The position numbers were made by a program, and so were the translations under genes. Positions 28,921 through 38,586 of a DNA stretch of 64,000 bases are shown here, in pieces. This DNA is from an uncultured virus (IMG/VR IMGVR_UViG_3300028552_000008) (Duplodnaviria > Heunggongvirae > Uroviricota > Caudoviricetes). Below the pieces are notes generated by a model. The model was given only the letters and a program-made list of their open reading frames with translations. It searched no databases and had not been told where the DNA came from. The stretch lies in IMG/VR virus record IMGVR_UViG_3300028552_000008. One strand, written 5' to 3'. Position 1 is the first letter of the stretch. The number at the start of each line of letters is the position of its first letter.

Positions 28921-29273
28921 ATAACAATCCTATCTTTAATGAACCATTTATCCTCAATTTAAGTAGTGAGGCCAAACTACTACTAATTAAAGCCTTATGT
29001 AAACTAGCTATAAGTAATTTCAGCCATACTATATTAATTGATTCTTTTATAGTTATTAATAGTATAGTAAATAACCTGGAACGGGATACTGTTAATCTAG
29101 GTGATTACTGGCGAACTCTACCTACTAGTAAAAGAACTAAGTGGGTAAGAATACTAGTATATATAAAGAATAGTCAGAACTTGGCCGAGACGCTTACATA
29201 TCAACGAGGAAGCAGAGTTATTAATCTGCTAACTGAACATGAATACGAACTACTTAAACAACTGATATTATGA
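28917..29273 (+). CDS. Hypothetical protein, putative paralogue 3
   Basis: KLLLIKAL...LTEHEYELLKQLI. Confidence 0.6.
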   Translation: MNNNPIFNEPFILNLSSEAKLLLIKALCKLAISNFSHTILIDSFIVINSIVNNLERDTVNLGDYWRTLPTSKRTKWVRILVYIKNSQNLAETLTYQRGSRVINLLTEHEYELLKQLIL

Positions 29274-29638
29274 AAGATAAGATTAAGAAAGTATTGATTG
29301 AACGCAGTATTATGGAGCTACCTCTTAGTTTAAGTGGTGGATATGCTAATGGTTATGTAGGTATGCCTCCTGAACATCCTTGGTTCGGTAAGTATTATAC
29401 TAATCTTGACGTTTCCATTCACGGTGGGCTTACTTATTCCAACCCGTATTTACCTAATAATATATATGATACAACATTGTGGTGGATAGGATTTGATACT
29501 AGTCACTACGGCGATACTATAATTACCTGTAATAGAACTTACTGTGAAAATGAATTGAAATCCTTATATAATCAAGTAGTGGCTGCAATTCCTGGCATAT
29601 ACTGTATTTACGTTGATACTATCTGTCCTAAATTATGA
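29270..29638 (+). CDS. Conserved phage hypothetical protein
   Basis: NGYVG.P..HPW...IHGGLTY...WWIGFD..H pattern. Confidence 0.75.
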   Translation: MKDKIKKVLIERSIMELPLSLSGGYANGYVGMPPEHPWFGKYYTNLDVSIHGGLTYSNPYLPNNIYDTTLWWIGFDTSHYGDTIITCNRTYCENELKSLYNQVVAAIPGIYCIYVDTICPKL

Positions 29639-29768
29639 GATTATTCATACCTTTAATCCTGGTAGTCTCCCTGCTCAGCTATTGGTTCTGGTCCACCTAT
29701 ATCAGAAGTGAAAGTAAAAGACGTAGGGATATTAATTCTGACATTGAAAATAAACGCTTTGATGACTT

Positions 29769-30146
29769 ATGAAACTAACAAAAAGAGCTGATAGATGGTA
29801 TGACGAAAACGATAATAGTTGGTCTACAGAAGAATCAGCTACTACATATTCACCTACCTTAACTAATTGTTATAATTGTAGAGATTGTAATGCTTGTAGT
29901 GGTTGTAGTGGTTGTAATGGTTGTAGAGATTGTTATAATTGTAGTAATTGTATTGATTGTAGAGATTGTATTGATTGTAGTTATTGTGATGAGTGTATTA
30001 ATTGTATTACTTGTAGTGAGTGTAGTAGTTGCAGTAATTGTACTAATTTAATAGATTGTGAACCATCGCCCAGACCTAAAATAATTCAAAATGATACTAG
30101 ACCAGAACTGAATATTAATGATAGAAGGCTAGAACTTGAACTATAA
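29769..30146 (+). CDS. Cys-rich CxxCxxC repeat protein
   Basis: Long run of Cys at every third residue. Confidence 0.7.
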   Translation: MKLTKRADRWYDENDNSWSTEESATTYSPTLTNCYNCRDCNACSGCSGCNGCRDCYNCSNCIDCRDCIDCSYCDECINCITCSECSSCSNCTNLIDCEPSPRPKIIQNDTRPELNINDRRLELEL

Positions 30147-30281
30147 AATATGACCTCTTATTTCTTCTAATAAGGCTCTCTTAGGTCATTCTTTTAGAAG
30201 GAAATATCTCATGTGTTTCCTTTTTTTAGCTAATAGTAATTGACAATAATCCGTATACCTCTAAACTCTTTATTTATCTAA

Positions 30282-31091
30282 ATGTATTCACGTAGTCAGA
30301 TCATCTCTAAATTAGTCTATAGTATTGACCAACTATCAGCTCAGAACTTGGTTGGAGATATACTGGTTACGGCTAAAAGGTCTGATCAGTATGACGGTGA
30401 ATTTCCTAACAAGTTAAATAAGCTGAATGCCTGCTTAAAGAAGTTGTTTAGTAAAGGAGTCTCTATCGTAACCAGGTCTGATTCTGGTAAACTACATGCT
30501 CATATAGGTGTGGAGATGCCTGGTCCTGTCACTAACTTTGACTGGGTAGCTTTTGAACAGAGTGAAAGATACTACAATCTATATAAGCATTTTAAAGATA
30601 AGGATAGCTTGAAATTCTACAACTATTATACCAAGAAGTATAGAAATAGCCTCCCTACTACCTGGCAAGTTATTAATAGTAAACTAATGAGTATAGGTAA
30701 AAAGCTGGGTTTAGGTCGAATATTCCTAACCCCTATTAGAAAGAATCTAACTGCATATAAATGGTATTTAGTATCTAATGTTCCTTATAAAAGAGAAAAG
30801 AGAGATAAATACATTAGATTCTTCTTTAGTTGGGGTATGGCGGTAGTAGATAAATGTCAGATATTAAATAAGTATACTAAAGCATACCGTAATAAGCTCA
30901 AGTCATTTGCTGAAGGCTTGCAATTAACTAGTGAATCCTATAATATGGTTTTAAGAGATGTACTAGGTAATTCCTGGCATTATCGTGTTAATGAATTGAT
31001 CAAACATATAGATTCTTTAGACTCTTTAGAATTAATCAAATATAATGAATTAAAGTCAACTGTAGCCCTGCATTTACTTCGTTCTCAATGA
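30282..31091 (+). CDS. Putative HUH-endonuclease (rolling-circle Rep-like) protein
   Basis: SGKLHAHIGV (HUH); GLGRIFLTPIRKNLTAYKWYL; TTGACA-type promoter upstream. Confidence 0.5.
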   Translation: MYSRSQIISKLVYSIDQLSAQNLVGDILVTAKRSDQYDGEFPNKLNKLNACLKKLFSKGVSIVTRSDSGKLHAHIGVEMPGPVTNFDWVAFEQSERYYNLYKHFKDKDSLKFYNYYTKKYRNSLPTTWQVINSKLMSIGKKLGLGRIFLTPIRKNLTAYKWYLVSNVPYKREKRDKYIRFFFSWGMAVVDKCQILNKYTKAYRNKLKSFAEGLQLTSESYNMVLRDVLGNSWHYRVNELIKHIDSLDSLELIKYNELKSTVALHLLRSQ

Positions 31092-32107
31092 ATAAAACAT
31101 CCTTCTATAAAGGTTTACTAGCTGAGTTAACCAAACTAACCAAACTATCTGAACTAGCTAAAGAACCATCTAAAAAACATTGGTATCAGAATCCTTATGT
31201 ATTAGGAGGATTAGGTATTGGTGCTGGCGCTCTAGGTACTTATGGATTGAATAGATATTTTGATAATCCTGCAACAAGCCCAACCCAATCAATTACTACC
31301 TCTACTCCTACCACTCCTACCACTCCTGCCCCTACCTCATTTAACTCTTTGAATAATGGAATAGCTACTGGAGTTGGAGCAGGTTTAGGTGGTTTGGCTG
31401 TAAAGAAATGGGGCCTTAATGGAGTATCTGGTGGAGTTGATGCTCTTAGTGGAATTAATAATATATATGATAGTGTTTCAAATCCTGATAACTTAAGTCC
31501 TGGTTTAAGAGCAGTTCAAGGTGTAGGTGGTGCATCTCAAGCAGTATTAGGTGGTTTAGGTTTGGCTGGTAAATCTGTTCCTATGGGTGGATTTGGTAGT
31601 CTAGGTAGATCAGTATCTATGAGACCAATAACCAACCTTGCCTCCAAACTACTACCATCAGCTCTTAGAAGTACTGCCCCAGCTATACAAAGCTTCTTAC
31701 CAGGTTTTGCTGCACCTCGAGCCATGACTGCTGCTGCTGGTAGTGTAGCTGCTGTACCGTTATCTGGTGGGGCTGCAGTTCAAGCTTTATTAAATGAAGG
31801 AGGAGATAAAGCTCAACAACATTCAGATTTGCTAGGTAGTGTAGCAGATAGTCTAGTAGGTACTAAGAATAACCCTGGTATAAGACAGGAACTAAGGTCT
31901 GGCGATCCGGCCTTAATCAATGATGCTAAACAAAGATTAAATAGTTTCTTTAGTTCTGGATCAAATAATCTAGTGACAAGTCCTGGTACATTAGCTAATA
32001 TAGGTTATAACCCTACTCCTTGGTCTAATAAAGGAAATACTGAGAATTTTCAGACTATTGCACATTTACTAGAACAAGTACGTAGAGAGGCAGAGTTAAC
32101 CAAATAA
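31088..32107 (+). CDS. Glycine-zipper membrane-type protein
   Basis: Several GxxxG hydrophobic segments; SFYKGLL leader. Confidence 0.75.
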   Translation: MNKTSFYKGLLAELTKLTKLSELAKEPSKKHWYQNPYVLGGLGIGAGALGTYGLNRYFDNPATSPTQSITTSTPTTPTTPAPTSFNSLNNGIATGVGAGLGGLAVKKWGLNGVSGGVDALSGINNIYDSVSNPDNLSPGLRAVQGVGGASQAVLGGLGLAGKSVPMGGFGSLGRSVSMRPITNLASKLLPSALRSTAPAIQSFLPGFAAPRAMTAAAGSVAAVPLSGGAAVQALLNEGGDKAQQHSDLLGSVADSLVGTKNNPGIRQELRSGDPALINDAKQRLNSFFSSGSNNLVTSPGTLANIGYNPTPWSNKGNTENFQTIAHLLEQVRREAELTK

Positions 32108-32109
32108 TT

Positions 32110-32871
32110 ATGAGTAACTTATATAATGAATTTGTAAGCGGTTTCTTAAAGCTGGCTGAAGAAGAGAAGTGTGACGTAGATTTCCTCAAAGGCTATATTA
32201 AGCAAGCTGATGAAATAGTAGATATTTGGACGCAAGCCTTTGACGTACTAGCTAAAGAATCTGGTGACCCTCAATACAAGGTTAAGCTAGCTAATGAGAT
32301 TATTAGATTTACTCAACTACTACCTCAAATACATAAACAAGCAGATTTACAAGATACTGAGAAAGGTTATGAAAACTTCCTAGGCGGACTTAATAATGGA
32401 GGATTAAGCCAGGGTCAAAATTGGCTGGAGCATCAATCCTGGATGCCTCAATTTATACAGCAAGCATTACATAACAATCCAAACCTATTATCTAGTCTAC
32501 TCTCTGGTAGTATGGGTGGTGGTTTAGGAGGACTATTAATTGGTGCATTGCTAGGTCATCCAATGTCTGGTCTGATGCTGGGTGGTTTAGGTGGTGCAGC
32601 TTCAGGAGCATTCTTAGGTAATCAAGGTATTAGAGATATGTTTAATTCTGGAGATGGAGTTCCCAAACCTACTCCTCCTCCTCAAGAACTTCCAGACAGG
32701 GCTCCTAGTAGTCTGAATCATGGTCCTGACGATCTACCTACTAGTGCTCCTAGTAATCAGAGTCATGGTGTTATAGAACCAACTCCTACCTCAGCTCCTA
32801 CTAATAGTATTCCTAATGTTAAACCTATTAGTCCTGTTAATAATGCAACAAATACAGTACCACATAAATAA
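32110..32871 (+). CDS. Glycine-zipper protein with EFVSGFLKLA leader
   Basis: GGGLGGLLIGALLG..MSGLMLGGLGGAASG; repeated KQA. Confidence 0.75.
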   Translation: MSNLYNEFVSGFLKLAEEEKCDVDFLKGYIKQADEIVDIWTQAFDVLAKESGDPQYKVKLANEIIRFTQLLPQIHKQADLQDTEKGYENFLGGLNNGGLSQGQNWLEHQSWMPQFIQQALHNNPNLLSSLLSGSMGGGLGGLLIGALLGHPMSGLMLGGLGGAASGAFLGNQGIRDMFNSGDGVPKPTPPPQELPDRAPSSLNHGPDDLPTSAPSNQSHGVIEPTPTSAPTNSIPNVKPISPVNNATNTVPHK

Positions 32872-32875
32872 TCAT

Positions 32876-33088
32876 ATGTTTCTATATCTTACACAAATCC
32901 TTAAAGAAGCTAATGAGTTTGGTTTCGCTAATCAACCAAATACAAGTTTTAGTAATACAAATCCAGCTCCACAATCAGCTTCATTACCTCCTCCTAATCC
33001 TGCCCCACGACCTAGTCCTGTTCCTAGTATTGGCGGTATGACACCTAATATACAGACAAACAGCCCAGGGTTTACCAGAACTATATGA
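32876..33088 (+). CDS. Small Pro-rich protein
   Basis: Likely start MFLYLTQILKEA. Confidence 0.55.
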   Translation: MFLYLTQILKEANEFGFANQPNTSFSNTNPAPQSASLPPPNPAPRPSPVPSIGGMTPNIQTNSPGFTRTI

Positions 33089-33996
33089 AACTAGATATTA
33101 ATGATTTTAGTGAAGGTGTTAAAGATATCCTGGCACTATATAAACAAGGTAACAATATCTTTGAAATGAAGAGTGGTGATTTATTCCCTCACAACACTTC
33201 TCAATCTACCTGGCAGTTCGCCAAGGATAATGGTAATATACATTTCTCTGATGGTACTCATACTTATAGTTTTAAAGGTGATCTAAGTGAGTATGATACA
33301 GAATTGGAGAAGATGCCAGAAGCACCACTACCTAATGTATTTTCCAATGCTAAGATTAAGGGTAGGGCTCAGGTACATAGATCAGATCCAGGTAGTATAT
33401 ATTTTACTTTGCAAGAAGGACGAAATAATCCAACCTATACTTTAAAACATCAGGGAGATAGTAAATGGAAAGCTATTCCTAAACCTAGAAAAGTCAAAGC
33501 CCAACTAAAAGAAACAGTTACTCCTCTTAATGTAAACTTGGAAAAAGTAAAAGAAGGTATGTTAAAAGAGTTGGAGGAATTCATTAAAGAAGGTGATGGA
33601 CCAAGTTTTTTTGATAATGCCAATCATGTAATAGGTAGAGGAGTGCAAGGATTGGCTAATGGAATTACTAAACTTCCTCTATTACCTGGTAGAATTGGTG
33701 GAGAAGTACCAGTACAACAATCAGATAACGGTCCAATATCTACTGAGGGTGCAGGAACTATAGCCGGTAATGCCTTGCTAGCTAGTGGGATAGGTGCTGG
33801 TAGTGGTTTATTATATCATTTAGCTAAACGTAATCTGTTAAATACGACTCAAGAAAATGCTGAAGAAGATGCAGAAGGTGGAAAACTTGGTAAAAGAGTG
33901 ATGTTACCAGCTCTAGGTATGGCTGGTTTAAATATAGCTGGTAGACAGATGCTACCTAACGCTATTAATGATCCTAAATTAAACATATTTCCTTAA
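33085..33996 (+). CDS. Hypothetical protein with C-terminal hydrophobic segments
   Basis: 303-aa ORF in tight operon. Confidence 0.7.
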   Translation: MKLDINDFSEGVKDILALYKQGNNIFEMKSGDLFPHNTSQSTWQFAKDNGNIHFSDGTHTYSFKGDLSEYDTELEKMPEAPLPNVFSNAKIKGRAQVHRSDPGSIYFTLQEGRNNPTYTLKHQGDSKWKAIPKPRKVKAQLKETVTPLNVNLEKVKEGMLKELEEFIKEGDGPSFFDNANHVIGRGVQGLANGITKLPLLPGRIGGEVPVQQSDNGPISTEGAGTIAGNALLASGIGAGSGLLYHLAKRNLLNTTQENAEEDAEGGKLGKRVMLPALGMAGLNIAGRQMLPNAINDPKLNIFP

Positions 33997-34000
33997 TTAA

Positions 34001-34303
34001 ATGGATATTGATACTATAATGAATCTGGTTAATAATGATAATAACCTGAGTAGTGAGCAGAAACAGGAATTGAATCAAGCAGAGAATAAACAGAAACTTG
34101 AAAAGTTATTATCTAGTGTAGCTGGTTCCGCTATAGGATTGGTAGTTGCTAAATTTAATGATTTAAGCAAGACTACCCAAGTATTGTTAACACTATTAGG
34201 TTTTGGTCTGGGTAGTGTGATTTATGATTATTATCATCGTAGTAAGTTTGCTAATTACGATGACAAGACTAGAACTTATAAGATTGATACTGATAAATAT
34301 TAA
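34001..34303 (+). CDS. Small two-TM membrane protein
   Basis: Two hydrophobic Gly-containing segments. Confidence 0.7.
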   Translation: MDIDTIMNLVNNDNNLSSEQKQELNQAENKQKLEKLLSSVAGSAIGLVVAKFNDLSKTTQVLLTLLGFGLGSVIYDYYHRSKFANYDDKTRTYKIDTDKY

Positions 34304-34306
34304 TAT

Positions 34307-34645
34307 ATGAATAAAGCTGAATTGATAAAAGAAGCAATCTCTGCTGAATTAGCTAAAGAAGGTAAGACATTGTTAGACTTGGAGAGAGCCTTGAGTAAAG
34401 AGGCTGGTGGAGGTGGCTTGTTCTTTTCACCAGAATCGTTCACTAATGTAGGTAAAGGTCTATTAAATCTTTACGGAGCCTCAGCATTAGCGGTAGGTGC
34501 ATTAGGAGGTACTGGTGCTTATATGGGGTTGCAGGCTAATGAGGATAGTACTAATCAACAATTAAAGAAAATCAGGGAAAAACAACAATACGAAGAAGCT
34601 ACCAGATCTTTAATAGAACATATTAAAAACCCTTCAACTCTATAA
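34307..34645 (+). CDS. Small glycine-zipper protein
   Basis: LSKEA; GASALAVGALGGTGAYMG. Confidence 0.7.
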   Translation: MNKAELIKEAISAELAKEGKTLLDLERALSKEAGGGGLFFSPESFTNVGKGLLNLYGASALAVGALGGTGAYMGLQANEDSTNQQLKKIREKQQYEEATRSLIEHIKNPSTL

Positions 34646-34647
34646 TT

Positions 34648-35052
34648 ATGCCTAAGAAAAATATTGAGATTAAGAATCGTGAAGACTTCATGCTGCAAGG
34701 AACATTGAGTGAGGTACCTTGGGAACCAAAGTCTGAAGAACAGATTCAGAAAGATTTATTTAAAAGTAGTGACCCGGATAAGATACTTGATGCTTTTGAA
34801 ACTCAACTAGGTATAAAATCAAATAATGTACCTATTCCTAATGAGATCTATAAGTGTATATTTTTAAAACCATGTAGTGATGATGAACATGCTCAATTAT
34901 TACAAGATTTATATAATAACTCTAGAAGATATAGAGTTTTGAATCGGTCTGATAATTGGACCCATAAAGGAGATTTGGTAATGTTTGTTGAATATGTTGA
35001 AAACCTGGATGTTAAAGCAGAGTTGGAGAAAGAGAAGGAAAACAATATATGA
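34648..35052 (+). CDS. Hypothetical protein
   Basis: 134-aa ORF in operon. Confidence 0.7.
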   Translation: MPKKNIEIKNREDFMLQGTLSEVPWEPKSEEQIQKDLFKSSDPDKILDAFETQLGIKSNNVPIPNEIYKCIFLKPCSDDEHAQLLQDLYNNSRRYRVLNRSDNWTHKGDLVMFVEYVENLDVKAELEKEKENNI

Positions 35053-36017
35053 ATGAAATTTTAAAGAAAGCTTCAGGCTATACTCCCCCAGAATTGATGT
35101 TGTTATCTGCTTTGGGTGGCGGAAGTGTATTTGCCGGACTAAGGTTGCTCACAGATATGGGGAGTAAATTAAATCCACCTAAAGTAGAGCAAAATAAAAT
35201 CAAGCTACAATTACCGGAAAATAATGGAATTGCTTCAGTAACTCCTGGGGAAGCTGGTCCATTACAAGGTTTCGGTAAATCAGCAGAACCAATGCAGCCT
35301 GATTGGTATGTTTCTCCTCTCTCAGCCTTAGTAGGTTTGCCTATAGGATTCTTAGGAACTAAAGCGCTTTATGACAAATATCAGGAGAATCAAGGAAATG
35401 CTCAGATAGCCGAAGCTAAAAAGAATTATACTAAGCAGTTAATGCTAGCTCAACAAATGAATAAAATGAGTGAAGAAACACCATTAGTAGATGCATTCTG
35501 TAAAGCTGCTGCAGAAGAATTGGATAAAGAAGCTGCTTCTTTACTTAGTTTGACAAAAGGTCTGATAAATAAAGTACCAGGTCTTAATGCTGTAAAAGGT
35601 TTCACTAATCAACATAAATGGGTTACCCCTATCGCAGGTTTAGGTGCATTAGGTGTGGCTGATAATTATGTAGAACCAACTACTAAATCTTTAACAGAAA
35701 ATGCACCAAATGCTATGGGATTTGCTCCCTCAGCAGTACCTGGTATTGATAGTAGTACTATTATGAAGAATCTCCCTACTGATGATGCTAGCTTGTTAAG
35801 TGCTGAAGATAGTTTATCTAATAAAGCTTCTAAAGGTGGTAATGCATTTGTAAACAAGCTTACTGGTAATTATTGGGGACAGACTAAAGATACTTGGAAG
35901 GCATTAGCTGGTTTAGGTACAGCTGGTACATTCGGTATACTATTAAATAATCATCTAAAGAAAAAAGAGAAGGAAGAAAAAGCTCAATATCCTGTAGGTG
36001 TTGAATATGCAAAATAA
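35049..36017 (+). CDS. Membrane-type protein with several K-x-A motifs
   Basis: ILKKAS, GFGKSA, ELDKEA, each followed by hydrophobic segments. Confidence 0.72.
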   Translation: MNEILKKASGYTPPELMLLSALGGGSVFAGLRLLTDMGSKLNPPKVEQNKIKLQLPENNGIASVTPGEAGPLQGFGKSAEPMQPDWYVSPLSALVGLPIGFLGTKALYDKYQENQGNAQIAEAKKNYTKQLMLAQQMNKMSEETPLVDAFCKAAAEELDKEAASLLSLTKGLINKVPGLNAVKGFTNQHKWVTPIAGLGALGVADNYVEPTTKSLTENAPNAMGFAPSAVPGIDSSTIMKNLPTDDASLLSAEDSLSNKASKGGNAFVNKLTGNYWGQTKDTWKALAGLGTAGTFGILLNNHLKKKEKEEKAQYPVGVEYAK

Positions 36018-36807
36018 TGCTTTTTATAGAGGAGTACTTAGTGAGATAAATAAGTTTGCTCAAGTAACTCCTCCTACACCTCAAATAACACCTTCAGCTC
36101 CTAGTCCAGTTATCTCAGGTATTAAGGCACCTCTTCTCTCTCAAACTCAGCATACAATAAATGATTTTGAAAGTGTTTATCCTAAAGTAGAATCAGCTTT
36201 GCCTAATATAGAGAAATCTATTAGTAGTATACCAGATAATCAATTAGCTTCCACTACTCCTGAGCAATTTAAAAATACAGTCACTCCTTCATTTTCACAG
36301 ATACTAGCACATCCTATAAATAGTGCTTCATTAGCTGATAATCAAGGTAAACTTAATGATGTATTTACTAGTTTTCAAAATTTACCTCCTGAACAGCAAG
36401 CAGTAGCAATAAATACTATAGGTACTTATCATCCAGATTTAGCCAAATTCTTAAGTAGTCAGATAGAGAGAGGAGCTAAATCCAGTTTTAGTAATGCTTC
36501 CTGGTCTGATTTAGGTAGTGCTGCTAAACAAGGCCTAACTGGAGATCATAAAACATTATCTAGTGTGATGATGCAAGATCCTAAAATAAAGTCTCTAGTC
36601 ACTAATTCTATGTTAGGGAGGGCTGGAGAACTTAGTGGTCAGTGGTTAAAGAATAATTGGCAGACTCTGGCTAGTGTGATAGGTGGAACAGCTTTGATAG
36701 GTTTGGTGTATAGTATTATGAAAAATACCGCAGCCACAGCCCAAGCTACCCAACAAACTCAACAAAATAGTTTACAACCTAGGCTGAATGCTCCACAATC
36801 ATTATAA
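36007..36807 (+). CDS. Hypothetical protein with C-terminal TM
   Basis: Leader NAFYRGVLSEINKFA; TM LASVIGGTALIGLVYSIM. Confidence 0.7.
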   Translation: MQNNAFYRGVLSEINKFAQVTPPTPQITPSAPSPVISGIKAPLLSQTQHTINDFESVYPKVESALPNIEKSISSIPDNQLASTTPEQFKNTVTPSFSQILAHPINSASLADNQGKLNDVFTSFQNLPPEQQAVAINTIGTYHPDLAKFLSSQIERGAKSSFSNASWSDLGSAAKQGLTGDHKTLSSVMMQDPKIKSLVTNSMLGRAGELSGQWLKNNWQTLASVIGGTALIGLVYSIMKNTAATAQATQQTQQNSLQPRLNAPQSL

Positions 36808-36809
36808 TT

Positions 36810-37508
36810 GTGAACAATCATATAGATCCATTATATAGTTTGCCTATTCCAAAGAATGTGCGTGGTTTTTTCGATCCAGAGAAGACTAGGGAATGGTTAC
36901 ATACTAAAGCCTTGGATTCTTTTCAGAAGAAGCTTAATACAATTGAAAGTCCAGCCTACAAACTAAAAGTAACAGACTTATCTTATAATGCTCCTGAACA
37001 TTCTCCAACTTATAAAGAACAAAATAAGGCTATAATGGAGAAAAGAGATTTGTCCACTCCATTACGAGGTACTTTTCAGATGATAGATAAGAAAACTGGT
37101 AATGTATTAGATACCAAAACTACAACTATCGCTCATATCCCCTGGCTTACTGAAAGGAATACAGTAATCTTACATGGTGCGGAATACTCAGTTGCACATC
37201 AACAACGTTTACTACCAGGTGTCTATACTCGTACTAAGGAATCTGGAGAAGCTGAAGCCCACATCAATGTCTTACCTGGAACTGGAGTAGGTGGCAAAGT
37301 AATTTTTTACCCTGACCGTGCATTATTCGTTTATCAAGTTGGAACTACTCAAATTAAGCTATATGGATTACTTAAAGAAATGGGCGTATCTGATAGTGAG
37401 ATGGAGAAAGTTTGGGGTTCTGAAATATTCAATAAAAATAAATCTCAATATACTGGACTAGAATTTGATAAATTGTATAATAAAGTCATAGGTAATGAAG
37501 AAGAATAA
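36810..37508 (+). CDS. rpoB: RNA polymerase beta N-terminal fragment
   Basis: DLSTPLRGTFQMIDKKTG and AHIPWLTERNTVILHGAEYSVAHQQRLLPGVY match the beta regions 'Y..PLR' and 'IP.MT..GTFIING.ERV.V.Q..RSPGVY'. Confidence 0.85.
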   Translation: MNNHIDPLYSLPIPKNVRGFFDPEKTREWLHTKALDSFQKKLNTIESPAYKLKVTDLSYNAPEHSPTYKEQNKAIMEKRDLSTPLRGTFQMIDKKTGNVLDTKTTTIAHIPWLTERNTVILHGAEYSVAHQQRLLPGVYTRTKESGEAEAHINVLPGTGVGGKVIFYPDRALFVYQVGTTQIKLYGLLKEMGVSDSEMEKVWGSEIFNKNKSQYTGLEFDKLYNKVIGNEEE

Positions 37509-37520
37509 CTACTCAAATAT

Positions 37521-37805
37521 ATGTCGAACGAAACACAATTAGAACAGCAATTGAATGCTGAATGGAGAAAAACTATTAAAGATAATCTTGAAGAACTCAG
37601 GACTGGTCAAAAACAATTAGCTAAGGATATTACTGATATTAAGCTAAGTTGTGCTCAAGCAGATGAAGTAAAAAGTCTGAGAGAAAAGGTCGAAAAACTT
37701 GAATTATCTAAAGCTAAAACTACTGGAGTATTGGTAGCCGTAAATGTGATATTAATTTTTGCGGGCTGGTGTATTCAGACTTTACTGCTTGTACATCATA
37801 GTTAA
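37521..37805 (+). CDS. Coiled-coil protein with C-terminal TM (possibly holin/XhlA-like)
   Basis: Heptad-rich N-terminal part and hydrophobic C-terminus. Confidence 0.55.
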   Translation: MSNETQLEQQLNAEWRKTIKDNLEELRTGQKQLAKDITDIKLSCAQADEVKSLREKVEKLELSKAKTTGVLVAVNVILIFAGWCIQTLLLVHHS

Positions 37806-38452
37806 GCAGGCCTTCTTCTTTCATTTCTTGGTAAGTTGAATTGTAGATATTTCTCATACTTTCTAGTCAGTCCAATTCTGTCTTCTAGAAAGCCTTGATA
37901 AATATAGTTACCGAATTTATAACCACCACAAATGCTAGGTATAACTATTCTAGAACCCTTATGTCCAGTTTTTTTATTAATCTCCCTCCCTATTCTATAA
38001 TGAATCTCCATAGGTAATACTAATTTCTCAAAAGCAGACCAATCTTGAGTGTAGGGACCACAAATACTATAAGAACAATGACCATCTCTGGATATACAAA
38101 AACAACCATCCCCATCACTGTAACCCCTCCACCAGTAATGAGTTAGGTTTTCAGGTATAATGCTTAATATTGTAGGAGCTTGATCTTTACTTCTATAATT
38201 GTAACTAATTAATTTAGTTGCTAATTCTACACTACCTTTTTGAAAACTCATTTGTAATTGCCCTGGTGGATTTGTTTTTTGTATATTTCTACGTATATTC
38301 CAATTCCAGGCTTTCATAAGTGTTGGTTCAATAATTACTGCATCAACTTGTTTTATAGCTATTTTAATTTTATTTTCTTTAGATATAGACCCGTCGGCCC
38401 AGATAAATCCTAACGTATATGCTGTCTCTGCTGTTATATTAGTTAAATCCAT
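37802..38452 (-). mobile_element. Free-standing LAGLIDADG homing endonuclease
   Basis: AYTLGFIWADGSI and WWRGYSDGDGCF; antisense to neighbours; TTGACA-N17-TACTGT-N6-ATG. Confidence 0.85.
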
Positions 38453-38586
38453 ATAATGACAGTACACATTAGCTACCACGCTGTCAATATTATAGCGCAT
38501 ATATCTGTTGACTAAACTTATAATAATAGTTAATATAGAAATATACGAATAAACAATTATGTTTATTTTAACTAATTATACAATCT

